A DNA stretch of 64,000 bases from Gemmatimonadota bacterium (GCA_965116475.1 OZ220691.1:896001-960000); one strand, 5' to 3'. Positions 43,922-53,291 are shown, counted from the stretch's first letter. Numbers and translations: made by a program. Notes: generated by a model not told the origin, from the sequence alone.

Positions 43922-44634
43922 ACGGCGGGGACTGGCCTGCGCGCACACGTCCTCCGGGGCTACCGGGGTCCGGCCTTCACCTGTGGAGAATCGACCTCTC
44001 CGACCGTGGCGCGTCCGGCGGCCGCGCCCTCCTGAGTCCGGACGAACGGGCCCGGGCAGAACGACTCGTCAGCGCGGAGGCGCGCGCCCGGTTCCGCCGC
44101 GCCCGCATCGCCCTGCGACGGCTCCTCTCCGAGTACCTGCGCGTCCCGCCCGGCGAGCTGGCGCTGGAGTACGGAGAGCACGGAAAGCCCCGGCTGGTGC
44201 CGGCACAGGGCGAGGCCGGGGCCGGCGACGCTCCCCCGTTCTTCTTCAATCTCAGCCACTCGGGCGGCCTCGCGCTCTGCGCGGTGGGCCAGTCCGGCGA
44301 GATCGGCGTCGACATCGAACGCATCCGGCCGCTCAGCTACCCGGGGGCTCTCGCCCGCGACCACCTCTCCCCCGAAGAGTGGCGCCTCCGCTCCGACTGG
44401 GAGACCGCGGCGGCCAGACCGGAGTTCTTCCGGATCTGGGCCCGAAAGGAGTCGATTCTCAAGGCCGCCGGACTCGGTCTGTCGCGTCCGCTGAGCCGCG
44501 TCGACACGATTCGCGGAGAACTCGACGGGCGCTCCTGGTGGCTGATGGACCTCTCCCCCGGGAAGGGCTTCACGGGCGCCGTGGCCTGCTCCCGGGCGCC
44601 CGAATCCGTCCGGCAGTGGAGCTGGCTCCGGTAG
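43918..44634 (+). CDS. Sfp-type 4'-phosphopantetheinyl transferase
   Basis: LLSPDERARA, YGEHGKP, FNLSHS, IGVDIE, WARKESILKAAG; only a CTG start is available upstream of the conserved region. Confidence 0.88.
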   Translation: MNGGDWPARTRPPGLPGSGLHLWRIDLSDRGASGGRALLSPDERARAERLVSAEARARFRRARIALRRLLSEYLRVPPGELALEYGEHGKPRLVPAQGEAGAGDAPPFFFNLSHSGGLALCAVGQSGEIGVDIERIRPLSYPGALARDHLSPEEWRLRSDWETAAARPEFFRIWARKESILKAAGLGLSRPLSRVDTIRGELDGRSWWLMDLSPGKGFTGAVACSRAPESVRQWSWLR

Positions 44635-44672
44635 TCGGCGGGAAAAGGCTCGCTGCGGTTCGAGCGGCAAGG

Positions 44673-44701
44673 TTGACGATGATCGATCCGCTCCCCATAG
44701 T
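44673..44701 (+). promoter_or_regulatory. Sigma70-type promoter for glnA
   Basis: TTGACG-N17-CATAGT. Confidence 0.55.
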
Positions 44702-44798
44702 GCCCCGCGACATTGCGGGTCGTGCCCGACCGCCAGCCGCGGAACCGGACCTACGAACCCTCCCCCAGTATGCCCTCAAGTGACCCGGAGGTCGCGCC

Positions 44799-46199
44799 AT
44801 GTCCGACGCCGTTTTTGCGGCACCCAGTGAACACCCCTCGCACCTTCGATACGACGACTACGGGAGCGTCGTCGCCTCGGGCGATCGAGACGCGATCCTG
44901 AAGCTTTGCGAGGACCTGAACGTCCGCTTCCTTCGTCTCATCTTCATCGACATCAACGGTTTCGCGAAGAATGTCGAGGTCCCGGCCAGCAAGCTCGAAG
45001 ACGGTTTTGACGCGAAGGTCATGTTCGACGGCTCGTCGATCGCGGGATATGTGCGCATCGAGGAAAGCGACATGCTCCTCCGGCCCGACCTGGACACGTT
45101 CCGGGTCTTGCCGTGGGGAAACCCGGACGCCCGGGTGGCCCAGATGTACTGCGACGTCCGGCGCCCGTACAACAAGCCGTTCGGCGGCTGCCCGCGCGCG
45201 GCGCTGAAGCGCGTCGTCGCCAGAGCGGAGTCGATGGGCTACACGATGTACTCCGCCGTCGAGGCCGAGTTCTTCCTCTTCAAGACGAACGAGGACGGTA
45301 GCTGCAATTTCGTCACGCACGACGATGGCGGGTACTTCGACCTCACGCCGTCGGACCTCGCCGAGCGGGCGCGGCGCGAGATGGTGACCGGCATGGAGGC
45401 GATGGGCCTCGATGTCGAGGCCGCCCACCACGAAGTCGCCGAGGGCCAGCACGAGATCGACTACAAGTACGGCGAAGCGCTGCGGACGGCCGACGACCTC
45501 ATGACGTTCAAGTTCATCGTCCGCAACATCGCGCTCGCGCACGGGCTCCACGCGACGTTCATGCCGAAGCCCATCTTCGGCGCGAACGGCTCCGGCATGC
45601 ACACGCACCAGTCGCTGTTCAAGGGTGGGAAGAACATCTTCCACGACGCGAATGCCGACTACGAGCTGGCCGATGTCATGCTCCACTACATCGGCGGCCT
45701 CAAGAAGCACGCGCGGGCGATCGCGGCGGTCACCAACCCGATCGTGAACAGCTACAAGCGGCTCGTACCCGGCTACGAGGCCCCGATCTCCATCGCGTGG
45801 TCGCAGCGGAACCGGTCGCCCATGATCCGCATTCCCGAGCAGCGGGGCGTCGGCACGCGGCTCGAGTTCCGCATGCCCGACCCGTCGTGCAACGGCTACC
45901 TGGCGACGGCCGTCCAGCTCGCCGCCGGTCTCGACGGCATCGAAAACGAGATCGATCCCGGCCCGCCGCTCGACACGAACGTGTGGCAGCTGTCCGACGA
46001 GGAGCGCGCGAAGATCGGGCTCGAGGTGCTGCCCGCGAACCTCGGCGAGGCCGTGGAGGAACTCGAGGGGAACGAAGTGATGAAGGACGCCCTCGGCGAC
46101 CACATCTTCGAGCAGTTCGTGAGCCGCAAGAAGGCCGAGTGGAGCGACTACGTGGCGTCGGTCTCCGAGTGGGAACTCGAACAGTACATCAACTACTAG
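44799..46199 (+). CDS. glnA: Glutamine synthetase type I (GSI-alpha-like)
   Basis: FDGSSI, EAEFFLF, HHEVAEGQHEI, TFMPKP, NGSGMHTH, NSYKRLVPGYEAP. Confidence 0.96.
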   Translation: MSDAVFAAPSEHPSHLRYDDYGSVVASGDRDAILKLCEDLNVRFLRLIFIDINGFAKNVEVPASKLEDGFDAKVMFDGSSIAGYVRIEESDMLLRPDLDTFRVLPWGNPDARVAQMYCDVRRPYNKPFGGCPRAALKRVVARAESMGYTMYSAVEAEFFLFKTNEDGSCNFVTHDDGGYFDLTPSDLAERARREMVTGMEAMGLDVEAAHHEVAEGQHEIDYKYGEALRTADDLMTFKFIVRNIALAHGLHATFMPKPIFGANGSGMHTHQSLFKGGKNIFHDANADYELADVMLHYIGGLKKHARAIAAVTNPIVNSYKRLVPGYEAPISIAWSQRNRSPMIRIPEQRGVGTRLEFRMPDPSCNGYLATAVQLAAGLDGIENEIDPGPPLDTNVWQLSDEERAKIGLEVLPANLGEAVEELEGNEVMKDALGDHIFEQFVSRKKAEWSDYVASVSEWELEQYINY

Positions 46200-46206
46200 C
46201 GAGTCC

Positions 46207-46245
46207 CGGGCAGCCACCCGCGGCTGCCTGAGCGGCTGCCTGAGC
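46207..46245. terminator. Hairpin plus 12-bp tandem repeat between convergent glnA and gdh
   Basis: CGGGCAGCC (46207-46215) pairs with GGCTGCCTG; CGGCTGCCTGAG occurs twice. Confidence 0.45.
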
Positions 46246-46248
46246 CGA

Positions 46249-49200
46249 TCAGCGGTCCGGGGGTTCCAGGATCCCCGGATCGCTGACGGCGTCCACGGCC
46301 ACGACGAGCCCGGGGAGCCCCGCCCCGGCGCTCCGGACGTCGGCGATCACGTTCCGAATCCGGCTCAACCCCACCGCGTTCCGGCGCCGGAAGGATCGCA
46401 TGGCCTCGTCCGTCGTCGACGCCTCGGCGCGGGCAATGATCTGCGCCGCCATGCGCGACCGCGCGAGTTCGAGTCGCGTGACGAGGATGCGCGCCGCCCT
46501 CTGATCCCACGGATCGTCCGCGGCCAGCGAGTAGACGCGGCTCCGCAGCCACGGAAAGTCGATCTCCTCGGCGAGACCGAAGTACACGGCGCCGACCTCG
46601 CGCGTGCCGGCGCCCGTTTCCCGGATAAGGCTGGCGATCGGCAGCAGTTCGTCCACGTAGCGGAACGTCGTGAGTCGCGCCGCGCCCTCCGGATCGAGCC
46701 CGTCCATCTCGTGCAGCGCGCAGGTGGACTCGAAACGTTCCAGCCGTTCCGCGGTGAGCAGTTCCGGCAGGGCCTCGCGGACCGCGCGCACGGGGTCGTG
46801 CAGCCACTCGATCGCCTCGCCGATCGGCGCCGCGGGGTCGGTCCGCTCCAGGAGCCACCGAGTCGCGCGCGTCAGCGCGTCCGCCATCGCGAGGTAGCAC
46901 TCGTTCTGCGCCCCGCTCCGCATCCGGACGTCGGCGACGCGCAGCCGCTCGTACAGATCCTCGGAATCGGCGATCCGTGACGCGACGTACCAGGTGCGGG
47001 CGACGGTCGCGGCGGCGCGGTCGGTCTCCTCCATGAGCCGGATGTGGCTCGTGGCGCCCATGCGGTCCACGTAGCGGTTCGTCAGCAGCATGCTCGAGAT
47101 GTTCGGGCGCAGCCGGTGCTCCTCGAGGTCCGCCGTCTCGACCTCCTTCAGCGCCCCGAACGGGAAGTAGTCCTCCACGAGTTCCATCATGGCCGGGTCG
47201 CGGGAAACGCTGGACTCCGTGAGCGCATGCTTGAGATGAAGCTTCGAGTACGCCATCACGGTGGCGAGTTCCGGCCTCGTGAGGTGCGCCCCGGCGTTTT
47301 CCCGCTCGATGAGTTCCTCCCCCGCCGGCAGGTATTCGAGGGCCGGATCCAGGATCCCCTCCCGCTCGAAACGCTGGATCACCTCGCGGAATGTCGCGGG
47401 CGCGCGCCGCGCCCGGATGTAGTCGAGGCTGATGGCGAGGCTCTGGCTGTACGTGTTGCGGAGGACCTTCCACGCGACCTCATTCGTGCATTCGCGCAGC
47501 AGGTCGTTTCGCGCCTCGTAGTCGATCCCTCCGCGCGACAGCGGCGCGCCCAGCAGGATCTTGAGGTTGACCTCGTGGTCGGACATGTCGACCCCGGCGG
47601 AGTTGTCCACGGCATCGGTGTTGATGCTCCCCCCGCGGAGCGCGTATTCCACCCGCGCGCGCTGCGTGAAGCCGAGATTGCCGCCCTCCCCCACGACCCG
47701 CGCCTGGATGGCCGTCGCATCGACCCGGGTGGGATCGCCGCTCGGGTCGCCGACATCGGCGTGGCGTTCCGAACTCGCCTTCACATACGTGCCGATGCCG
47801 CCGTTCCACAGGAGGTCCACGGGCGCCGACAGGATGGCGCGGATCAGCTCGTTCCCGTTCATCTCCTCGCGATCGACGGCGAGGCGCTCGCGGATCTGCG
47901 GCGAAAGGCGGATCTGCTTCTCCGTACGGTCGTAGACGCCGCCTCCCTCGCTCAGGAGTTCGGCGTCGTAGTCGGCCCACGACGAGGCCGGGAGCTCGAA
48001 CAGCCGTTTCCGCTCCTCCCACGATGCCCCCGGATCCGGGTTCGGGTCGAGGAAGATGTCGCGGTGATCGAAGGCGGCGACGAGCTGGACCTGCTTGCTG
48101 AGCAGCATCCCGTTGCCGAACACGTCGCCGCTCATGTCGCCGATACCGACGGCCGTGAACGGTTCGTTCTCGTAGTCGATGTCCGCTTCCCGGAAGTGGC
48201 GCTTCACGCACTCCCACGCACCGCGGGCCGTGATCCCCTCCTTCTTGTGGTCGTAGCCCTGCGATCCGCCGGAGGCGAAGGCGTCATCGAGCCAGAAGCC
48301 CGCTTCCGCCGCCAGTTCGTTGGCCGTGTCCGAGTTCTTCGCCGTCCCCTTGTCCGCCGCTACGACGAGATACGGATCGGGTCCGTCGTGGATCACCATC
48401 GCCCGGGGTTGTGCGACCTCGCCATCGACGACGTCATCCGAGACTTCCAGCAAACCGCGAATGAAGTCCCGGTAGCTGTCCAGCCCCGCCGCGAGCCGTT
48501 CGTGGCGATCCTCCGGCAGGCCCTTCACGATGAAGGCGCCCTTCGCGCCGCCGGGCACGATGACGGCGTTCTTCACCCGTTGGGTCTTCACGAGCCCGAG
48601 CACTTCCACCCGGAAATCCCCGTAGCGGTCGCTCCACCTGATCCCGCCGCGCGCCACGTCGTCCATGCGCAGGTGGGCGGCCTCCGTGCGGGGGCCGCGC
48701 AGGTAGACCTCGTGCTTCGGCTTCGGCTCCGGGATGAAGTCGACGGAGCGGCTCGAGATCTTGAGCGCGAGAAGAGGCGAACCGCGCAACTCGCCCCGGT
48801 AGTGGTTCGTGCGCACGGTCGCGTGGACGAGCTCCATCATCCGCCGCAGCGTCCGGTCGTCCTCGATCCCGCGTACCGAAGCCAGCCCGCGCGTAAACTC
48901 GCGCTTCAGGCGTCGCATGGCGGCGGCCGCCCCCTCCTGCGCCTCCGGATCGAAGCGCGCCTCGAAGGCCCGGAAGATGCAGCGTGCGATGTCGGGGTAC
49001 GCCGTGAGTGGAAACTGGCCGCCCGTGGGAGCGGCGACGGCGCCGATGCGGAACGTGTAGCCCGCGTAGGCCCGGAGGACGGATACCTCCTGCCATGTGA
49101 GACCGGCGGTCACGATGAGCTCGTTCAGCCGGTCATCTTCCGCCAGCCCCGCCCGGATGGCCCGCAGCATGTCGCCGATCCGGTCCTGTGCCGCCGCGAT

Positions 49201-51090
49201 GTCGAGTTCGCCGGCGCGCATCGCCTCGGCTTCGAAGGACTGCACGCGCGCCGCGAACATCTCTTCCGCGGCGTCCGGCGTGTCATCCCTGAGCCGGATC
49301 GTGAAGCGGAGCGAATCGAGCACCCGGAGCCCCAGGTTCTCGAGCGTGGGGATCACGTCGCTCAGGACGTAGTGACCCTTCCGGGCGTACAGCCGCAGCT
49401 GATAGTGCCGCCCGTCGTCCTCTCCCGCGGACCGTTTGAGCAGTACCTGGCTCTCGCCCGTCTCCGCCAGCCGCGCGAGACAGGCCACATCCTCGACCGC
49501 GGTGTCGATGTCCATCGCCGCCTGGTAGCCGGTCGAGAAGCGCACGACGTGCGTGGCGAGTTCGTGGCCTCGCGTCGGACCGTGGACGGCATCGAGCGCG
49601 TCCTCGAGGCGTTCCTCCCACGTGCGGACGATCGAGCGGACCTTGGCCTGCACGGTGTCGAGGTCGACCGGTCCCACCTCGTCCGGGTCGTGGGCCAGGT
49701 AGAAGTGGAGGCGCGCCTGGTCGCCCTGGCCGAGCGCGAGATGATAGTTGAGGAGCGTCCCCCCGTAGGCCTCGATCAGCGCCGCCTGCAGTCGCCTCCG
49801 CACCTGCCCGGAGAAATGGGTCCTGGGGAGGATGACGAGAAGCTGGACGCCGCGGCCGAGCTGGTCGGGACGCGCCGTGACCCGCACGTCGTCCCCGCCT
49901 CCGGTCGCCATCACCGCGTCGATGACCGAGCGGATCTCCTCTACCGAGGCGAGGAACAGTTCCTCCTTCGGCATCGAGTTGAACGTCCCCAGGATCACGT
50001 TGTAGTCGTGGGATCCGGGGGGCGCGGCTTCCAGCTGCAGGATCTCGCGCAGCTTGCGGCGCAGGATCGGGATGGAGGAGGCCTCCTGCGAGAAAGCCTT
50101 CGCGGTGAACAGGCCGAGGAACCGGTGCTCGCCGTACACCGTCCCGTCCGGGCGCAGGCGTTTGATGCCCACGTAGTCCATGCGGACGTTGCGCCGAATC
50201 GGACTCTGGGCGTTGGTCTTGGAGATGATGAGAAGCGGGCCGCCCAGCACCCGGGCGCGGAGGTAGGCGGGGAGTTCGTCCAGGGGCCGGGGTTCGTGGT
50301 ACTTCGATGTGTCGTCGTCCCTGAGGATGCCGAGCCCGCTCCCCTCCTCGACGCGGATCCAGTCGCGACCGGCGTCGTCCGTCTCGATGCGGTACGCGCG
50401 GTAGCCGAGGAAGACGAAGCCGGGGTCTGCGAGCCACCGGAGGAGGTCCTGGATCTCCTCGAACTCGGTGCTGCGCCACGGCGTCTCGGCGCGCTTGTCC
50501 TCGAGTTCGCCGACGAGCGCCTTCACCTGCTCGATCATGGGGGAGAAATCCCCGGTGACGGCGCGCACGAGTTCGAGGCGCCGCCTTACCTCGGCCTCCA
50601 GCGTCTCCCGAACCTCCGCGTGGTGGGCGTCGTCGAGCACGATGTGGACGACCGATACCCGCGTGCCGTCGGCCGAGTGGTCGCGGATGTCGAGCACGCG
50701 GCCCGACGCGTCCCGGTCCACCACCACGACGGGGTGGAGAAGGTGCGGTAGGTCGAGCCCCGCCGAGTGGAGATACTCGCGCAGCGTGTCGACGATGAAG
50801 GGTCGGTCCTCCATCACCGTCTGGAGCACGCCGCGCGACGGATCGTCCTCGTCCCAGGCGAGCCGGATCGCGATTTCGCCGTCGGCGGCGCCGGCCACGA
50901 GGCGGTAGAGCGCGGCGACATCGTCGGCCAGGGCGCGGACCGGGCGCCCGTCCGCGATGTGGGTGTAGCCGCGGCTGAAGAGACGGCGGGAGAGGTTGCG
51001 GACCGCCTCCCCGGGCGCGTCCGGGAGTCGCGATTCGATCTCGCGGATCAGCGGCCCGAGGTCCGACCGCTGCGCATGCTTGTTTTTCAT
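46249..51090 (-). CDS. gdhB: Large NAD-specific glutamate dehydrogenase
   Basis: About 1600 aa; DRPFIVD, ARGGIRWSDR, VKNAVIVP.GAKG, DPYLVVAADKGTA, DAFASGGS, GDMSGDVFGNG. Confidence 0.95.
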   Translation of the reverse strand: MKNKHAQRSDLGPLIREIESRLPDAPGEAVRNLSRRLFSRGYTHIADGRPVRALADDVAALYRLVAGAADGEIAIRLAWDEDDPSRGVLQTVMEDRPFIVDTLREYLHSAGLDLPHLLHPVVVVDRDASGRVLDIRDHSADGTRVSVVHIVLDDAHHAEVRETLEAEVRRRLELVRAVTGDFSPMIEQVKALVGELEDKRAETPWRSTEFEEIQDLLRWLADPGFVFLGYRAYRIETDDAGRDWIRVEEGSGLGILRDDDTSKYHEPRPLDELPAYLRARVLGGPLLIISKTNAQSPIRRNVRMDYVGIKRLRPDGTVYGEHRFLGLFTAKAFSQEASSIPILRRKLREILQLEAAPPGSHDYNVILGTFNSMPKEELFLASVEEIRSVIDAVMATGGGDDVRVTARPDQLGRGVQLLVILPRTHFSGQVRRRLQAALIEAYGGTLLNYHLALGQGDQARLHFYLAHDPDEVGPVDLDTVQAKVRSIVRTWEERLEDALDAVHGPTRGHELATHVVRFSTGYQAAMDIDTAVEDVACLARLAETGESQVLLKRSAGEDDGRHYQLRLYARKGHYVLSDVIPTLENLGLRVLDSLRFTIRLRDDTPDAAEEMFAARVQSFEAEAMRAGELDIAAAQDRIGDMLRAIRAGLAEDDRLNELIVTAGLTWQEVSVLRAYAGYTFRIGAVAAPTGGQFPLTAYPDIARCIFRAFEARFDPEAQEGAAAAMRRLKREFTRGLASVRGIEDDRTLRRMMELVHATVRTNHYRGELRGSPLLALKISSRSVDFIPEPKPKHEVYLRGPRTEAAHLRMDDVARGGIRWSDRYGDFRVEVLGLVKTQRVKNAVIVPGGAKGAFIVKGLPEDRHERLAAGLDSYRDFIRGLLEVSDDVVDGEVAQPRAMVIHDGPDPYLVVAADKGTAKNSDTANELAAEAGFWLDDAFASGGSQGYDHKKEGITARGAWECVKRHFREADIDYENEPFTAVGIGDMSGDVFGNGMLLSKQVQLVAAFDHRDIFLDPNPDPGASWEERKRLFELPASSWADYDAELLSEGGGVYDRTEKQIRLSPQIRERLAVDREEMNGNELIRAILSAPVDLLWNGGIGTYVKASSERHADVGDPSGDPTRVDATAIQARVVGEGGNLGFTQRARVEYALRGGSINTDAVDNSAGVDMSDHEVNLKILLGAPLSRGGIDYEARNDLLRECTNEVAWKVLRNTYSQSLAISLDYIRARRAPATFREVIQRFEREGILDPALEYLPAGEELIERENAGAHLTRPELATVMAYSKLHLKHALTESSVSRDPAMMELVEDYFPFGALKEVETADLEEHRLRPNISSMLLTNRYVDRMGATSHIRLMEETDRAAATVARTWYVASRIADSEDLYERLRVADVRMRSGAQNECYLAMADALTRATRWLLERTDPAAPIGEAIEWLHDPVRAVREALPELLTAERLERFESTCALHEMDGLDPEGAARLTTFRYVDELLPIASLIRETGAGTREVGAVYFGLAEEIDFPWLRSRVYSLAADDPWDQRAARILVTRLELARSRMAAQIIARAEASTTDEAMRSFRRRNAVGLSRIRNVIADVRSAGAGLPGLVVAVDAVSDPGILEPPDR

Positions 51091-51220
51091 GCCCGTAGAT
51101 ACCCCATTGTGCCGCACAGGGTCAACGGCAAACGTGCGGGACCCGGAATCGGAGCCTTCGAGGGCGCGCGCGCGACGCGCCGGCAGAACGGAGAACGAAG
51201 CGAGGAAAGGGACGGCGAGG

Positions 51221-51439
51221 ATGCATATATCGATCGAATACTGCGTCGCTTGAGACTACGAACCGCAAGCCGCCAGTCTGGCGGCCACCCTCAGAGATCG
51301 GTTCGCGGATGTCGATATCGAGATGATCCCCTCCGGCGGCGGCCGCTTCGAGGTCGTGGCGGAGGGAAAGCTCATCTATTCGAAGGCCGCCACCGGCCGG
51401 CACCCCACCCACGAGGAGATCCTCGACGCGCTGGGTTAG
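51221..51439 (+). CDS. Rdx-family (SelW/SelT/SelH-like) selenoprotein, UGA at codon 11 read as Sec
   Basis: MHISIEYCVA-U-DYEPQAASLAATLRDRFADVDIEMIPSGGGRFEVVAEGKLIYSKAATGRHPTHEEILDALG*; CxxU and G.FEV...LIYSK...P Rdx motifs. Confidence 0.9.
51269..51285 (+). promoter_or_regulatory. Bacterial SECIS-like hairpin
   Basis: GCCGCCA-GTC-TGGCGGC; G first in the apical loop, about 22 nt after the UGA at 51251-51253. Confidence 0.75.
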
Positions 51440-51798
51440 CGGCCGGCGCGTCCGTAGCGGTCCTCGAGGCGCACCAGGTCGTCCAGCTCCGGCGTGCTCA
51501 CCTCGAGGATGACGCTGTCCTCGAGCGCCTCCATGCGGTGCACATTCCCCGGCGGGATCGAGACGGTCTCGCCGGGGAGCCACTCGAAGACCGCTTCGCC
51601 GAGCGTAAAGCGCATGCGTCCGGACTGGAGGAGCATCGTCTCGTGCTTCACGAGGTGCTTCTGCAGCGAGAGGATGTGCCCCTTTTCGACTTCGAGGACC
51701 TTCCCCGCGTAGCGGTCCGTGCGGGCGTACCACACCTCACGCCCCCAGGGCTTGTCCACGATGCGGGGCTCGCCGCGGCGTGCCGGTTCCCGTTCCAT
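51436..51798 (-). CDS. Cupin-domain protein (mannose-6-phosphate isomerase-like)
   Basis: VDKPWGRE, LSLQKH..KHET, IPPGNVHR, EVSTPELDDLVRLEDRYGR. Confidence 0.88.
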   Translation of the reverse strand: MEREPARRGEPRIVDKPWGREVWYARTDRYAGKVLEVEKGHILSLQKHLVKHETMLLQSGRMRFTLGEAVFEWLPGETVSIPPGNVHRMEALEDSVILEVSTPELDDLVRLEDRYGRAGR

Positions 51799-51863
51799 GG
51801 CGGAACATGATACACGGGCGGGTCGGAGGCTGCCGAAATTGAGGGATGTGGTGTCCAGGAGCG

Positions 51864-53291
51864 TCAGGGGAGGGCTCGGGCCACGCGGAATCCGTAGTAC
51901 ATGTCCCGGCTGTCGGGGAGATTCCTGGACCGGTTCGCGGAGCGGAGGAACCACGCACCGATGAACCATGAGCCGCCGCGCAGGACACGGCGGTCGCAGT
52001 CTCCCGACTCGCGGGCGCTCCCATCCGCCGGAGCGCCCGAATGGCTGTCGTTCCAGCAGTCCTGCGTCCACTCCGACACGTTCCCCAGCACGTCGTACAA
52101 TCCGAACGCGTTCGGCGCGAACGACCCCACCGGCGCCGTCCCCCGGTACTCGTCGTTGCACGGTGCAGCGGCCTCGATGCGGGACCCGCGGCTGAACCGG
52201 AGACCCCGGAACGACCGGGCCCTGGGCCCGCCCCCGGCCCCGTTCGCGTAGCGGCACAGCTCCGATACATCCTCCCCCCAGTACCGGGACGTCGCCGTGC
52301 CGGCCCGCGCCACGTATTCCCACTCGGCCTCGCTCAGAAGGCGGTACGGCTGCCCCGTCAGCCCGGACAGCCATGACACGTACGCCTGCGCGTCCTCCCA
52401 ACTCACGTACAGCACCGGACGACGCTCCCGACCCCAGTGCCGGTCGGCCGGCGTGTAGCGGCAACCGCCCATTTCCACGCACGCGTCCCACTCCGCGAAC
52501 GTGACCTCGTACACCCCGACGGCGAACGGAGCCCCGATCGTCACCGAGTGCTGCGGACCCTCGACGGCCGCCCGGAACTCCTCGGACTCCGGCGAGCCCA
52601 TCGTGAACGTCCCCGGCGGCACGACGACCATCTGCGGACAAAAGGCGCAGTCGCGGAACGTCTCGAACACCTCGAACGTCTCTTCCGGGGGCCCGGCTGC
52701 CGTTCCGGGCGCCGCGCCGTCCTCCACGACGCCCCAGCTTTCCCGGGCCACGACTTCGTAACCGTCCCCGTCGTAGTACCTCGCGAAGTGATCGTTGCCG
52801 GTCGTTGCCTGCGCCTCGGCCGCCTCCGCGCTCGCCCCGAACCCGATGGCGAAGCGCCGGTACGCCGAGCCGTGCGGATCCGACGTCGGGGCGAGACGGA
52901 CCGCCGACGTGTACCTGACGATCACCACGTAACGGTCGCCCCGGTTCGACCAGGCGCACGAAGTTTCCGCGTGGTCGCCGAGCTCCGAACGGAGCGCCCG
53001 TTCCACGCCCTGCCGGTCTTCGAGCGGGACGCCGACCCGGTAGGCCAGGGCCATGTCGGACCGATAGACCACGGTGATGCCCTCCCAGCCGAAACGGCGG
53101 TCGGGATCCGGAGTCCGGGGCGTGGACAGTTCGCTCCCCACGCACACCACCGCCCCCGGCGCGGACGGCGAGGCGTCGGACTGCGCGGCGTTGGATTGTG
53201 CGGCGGCGGGGAGGCTCCCCGAGAGCAGCGTGAGGCCCGCGACCGCGTGCGCCGGGGTGATGGCGACGAGGGTGCGTCGTGGCCCATTCAT
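51864..53291 (-). CDS. Secreted protein with C-terminal FGE-sulfatase (C-type lectin fold) domain
   Basis: Signal peptide; FRDCAFCPQMVVVPPG.FTMGS, YEVT, RLLSEAEWEY, NAFGLYDVLGNVSEW, RVLRGGSW...GFRVAR. Confidence 0.9.
   Translation of the reverse strand: MNGPRRTLVAITPAHAVAGLTLLSGSLPAAAQSNAAQSDASPSAPGAVVCVGSELSTPRTPDPDRRFGWEGITVVYRSDMALAYRVGVPLEDRQGVERALRSELGDHAETSCAWSNRGDRYVVIVRYTSAVRLAPTSDPHGSAYRRFAIGFGASAEAAEAQATTGNDHFARYYDGDGYEVVARESWGVVEDGAAPGTAAGPPEETFEVFETFRDCAFCPQMVVVPPGTFTMGSPESEEFRAAVEGPQHSVTIGAPFAVGVYEVTFAEWDACVEMGGCRYTPADRHWGRERRPVLYVSWEDAQAYVSWLSGLTGQPYRLLSEAEWEYVARAGTATSRYWGEDVSELCRYANGAGGGPRARSFRGLRFSRGSRIEAAAPCNDEYRGTAPVGSFAPNAFGLYDVLGNVSEWTQDCWNDSHSGAPADGSARESGDCDRRVLRGGSWFIGAWFLRSANRSRNLPDSRDMYYGFRVARALP

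Noticed and set aside
47044..50751. 1235-aa ORF on the + strand
   Set aside because: Antisense shadow of gdhB caused by high-GC codon bias; no recognisable motifs
50996..51253. 85-aa ORF ending at TGA 51253
   Set aside because: Its upstream part is non-coding or antisense to gdhB; only the last 10 codons are real, as the start of the selenoprotein
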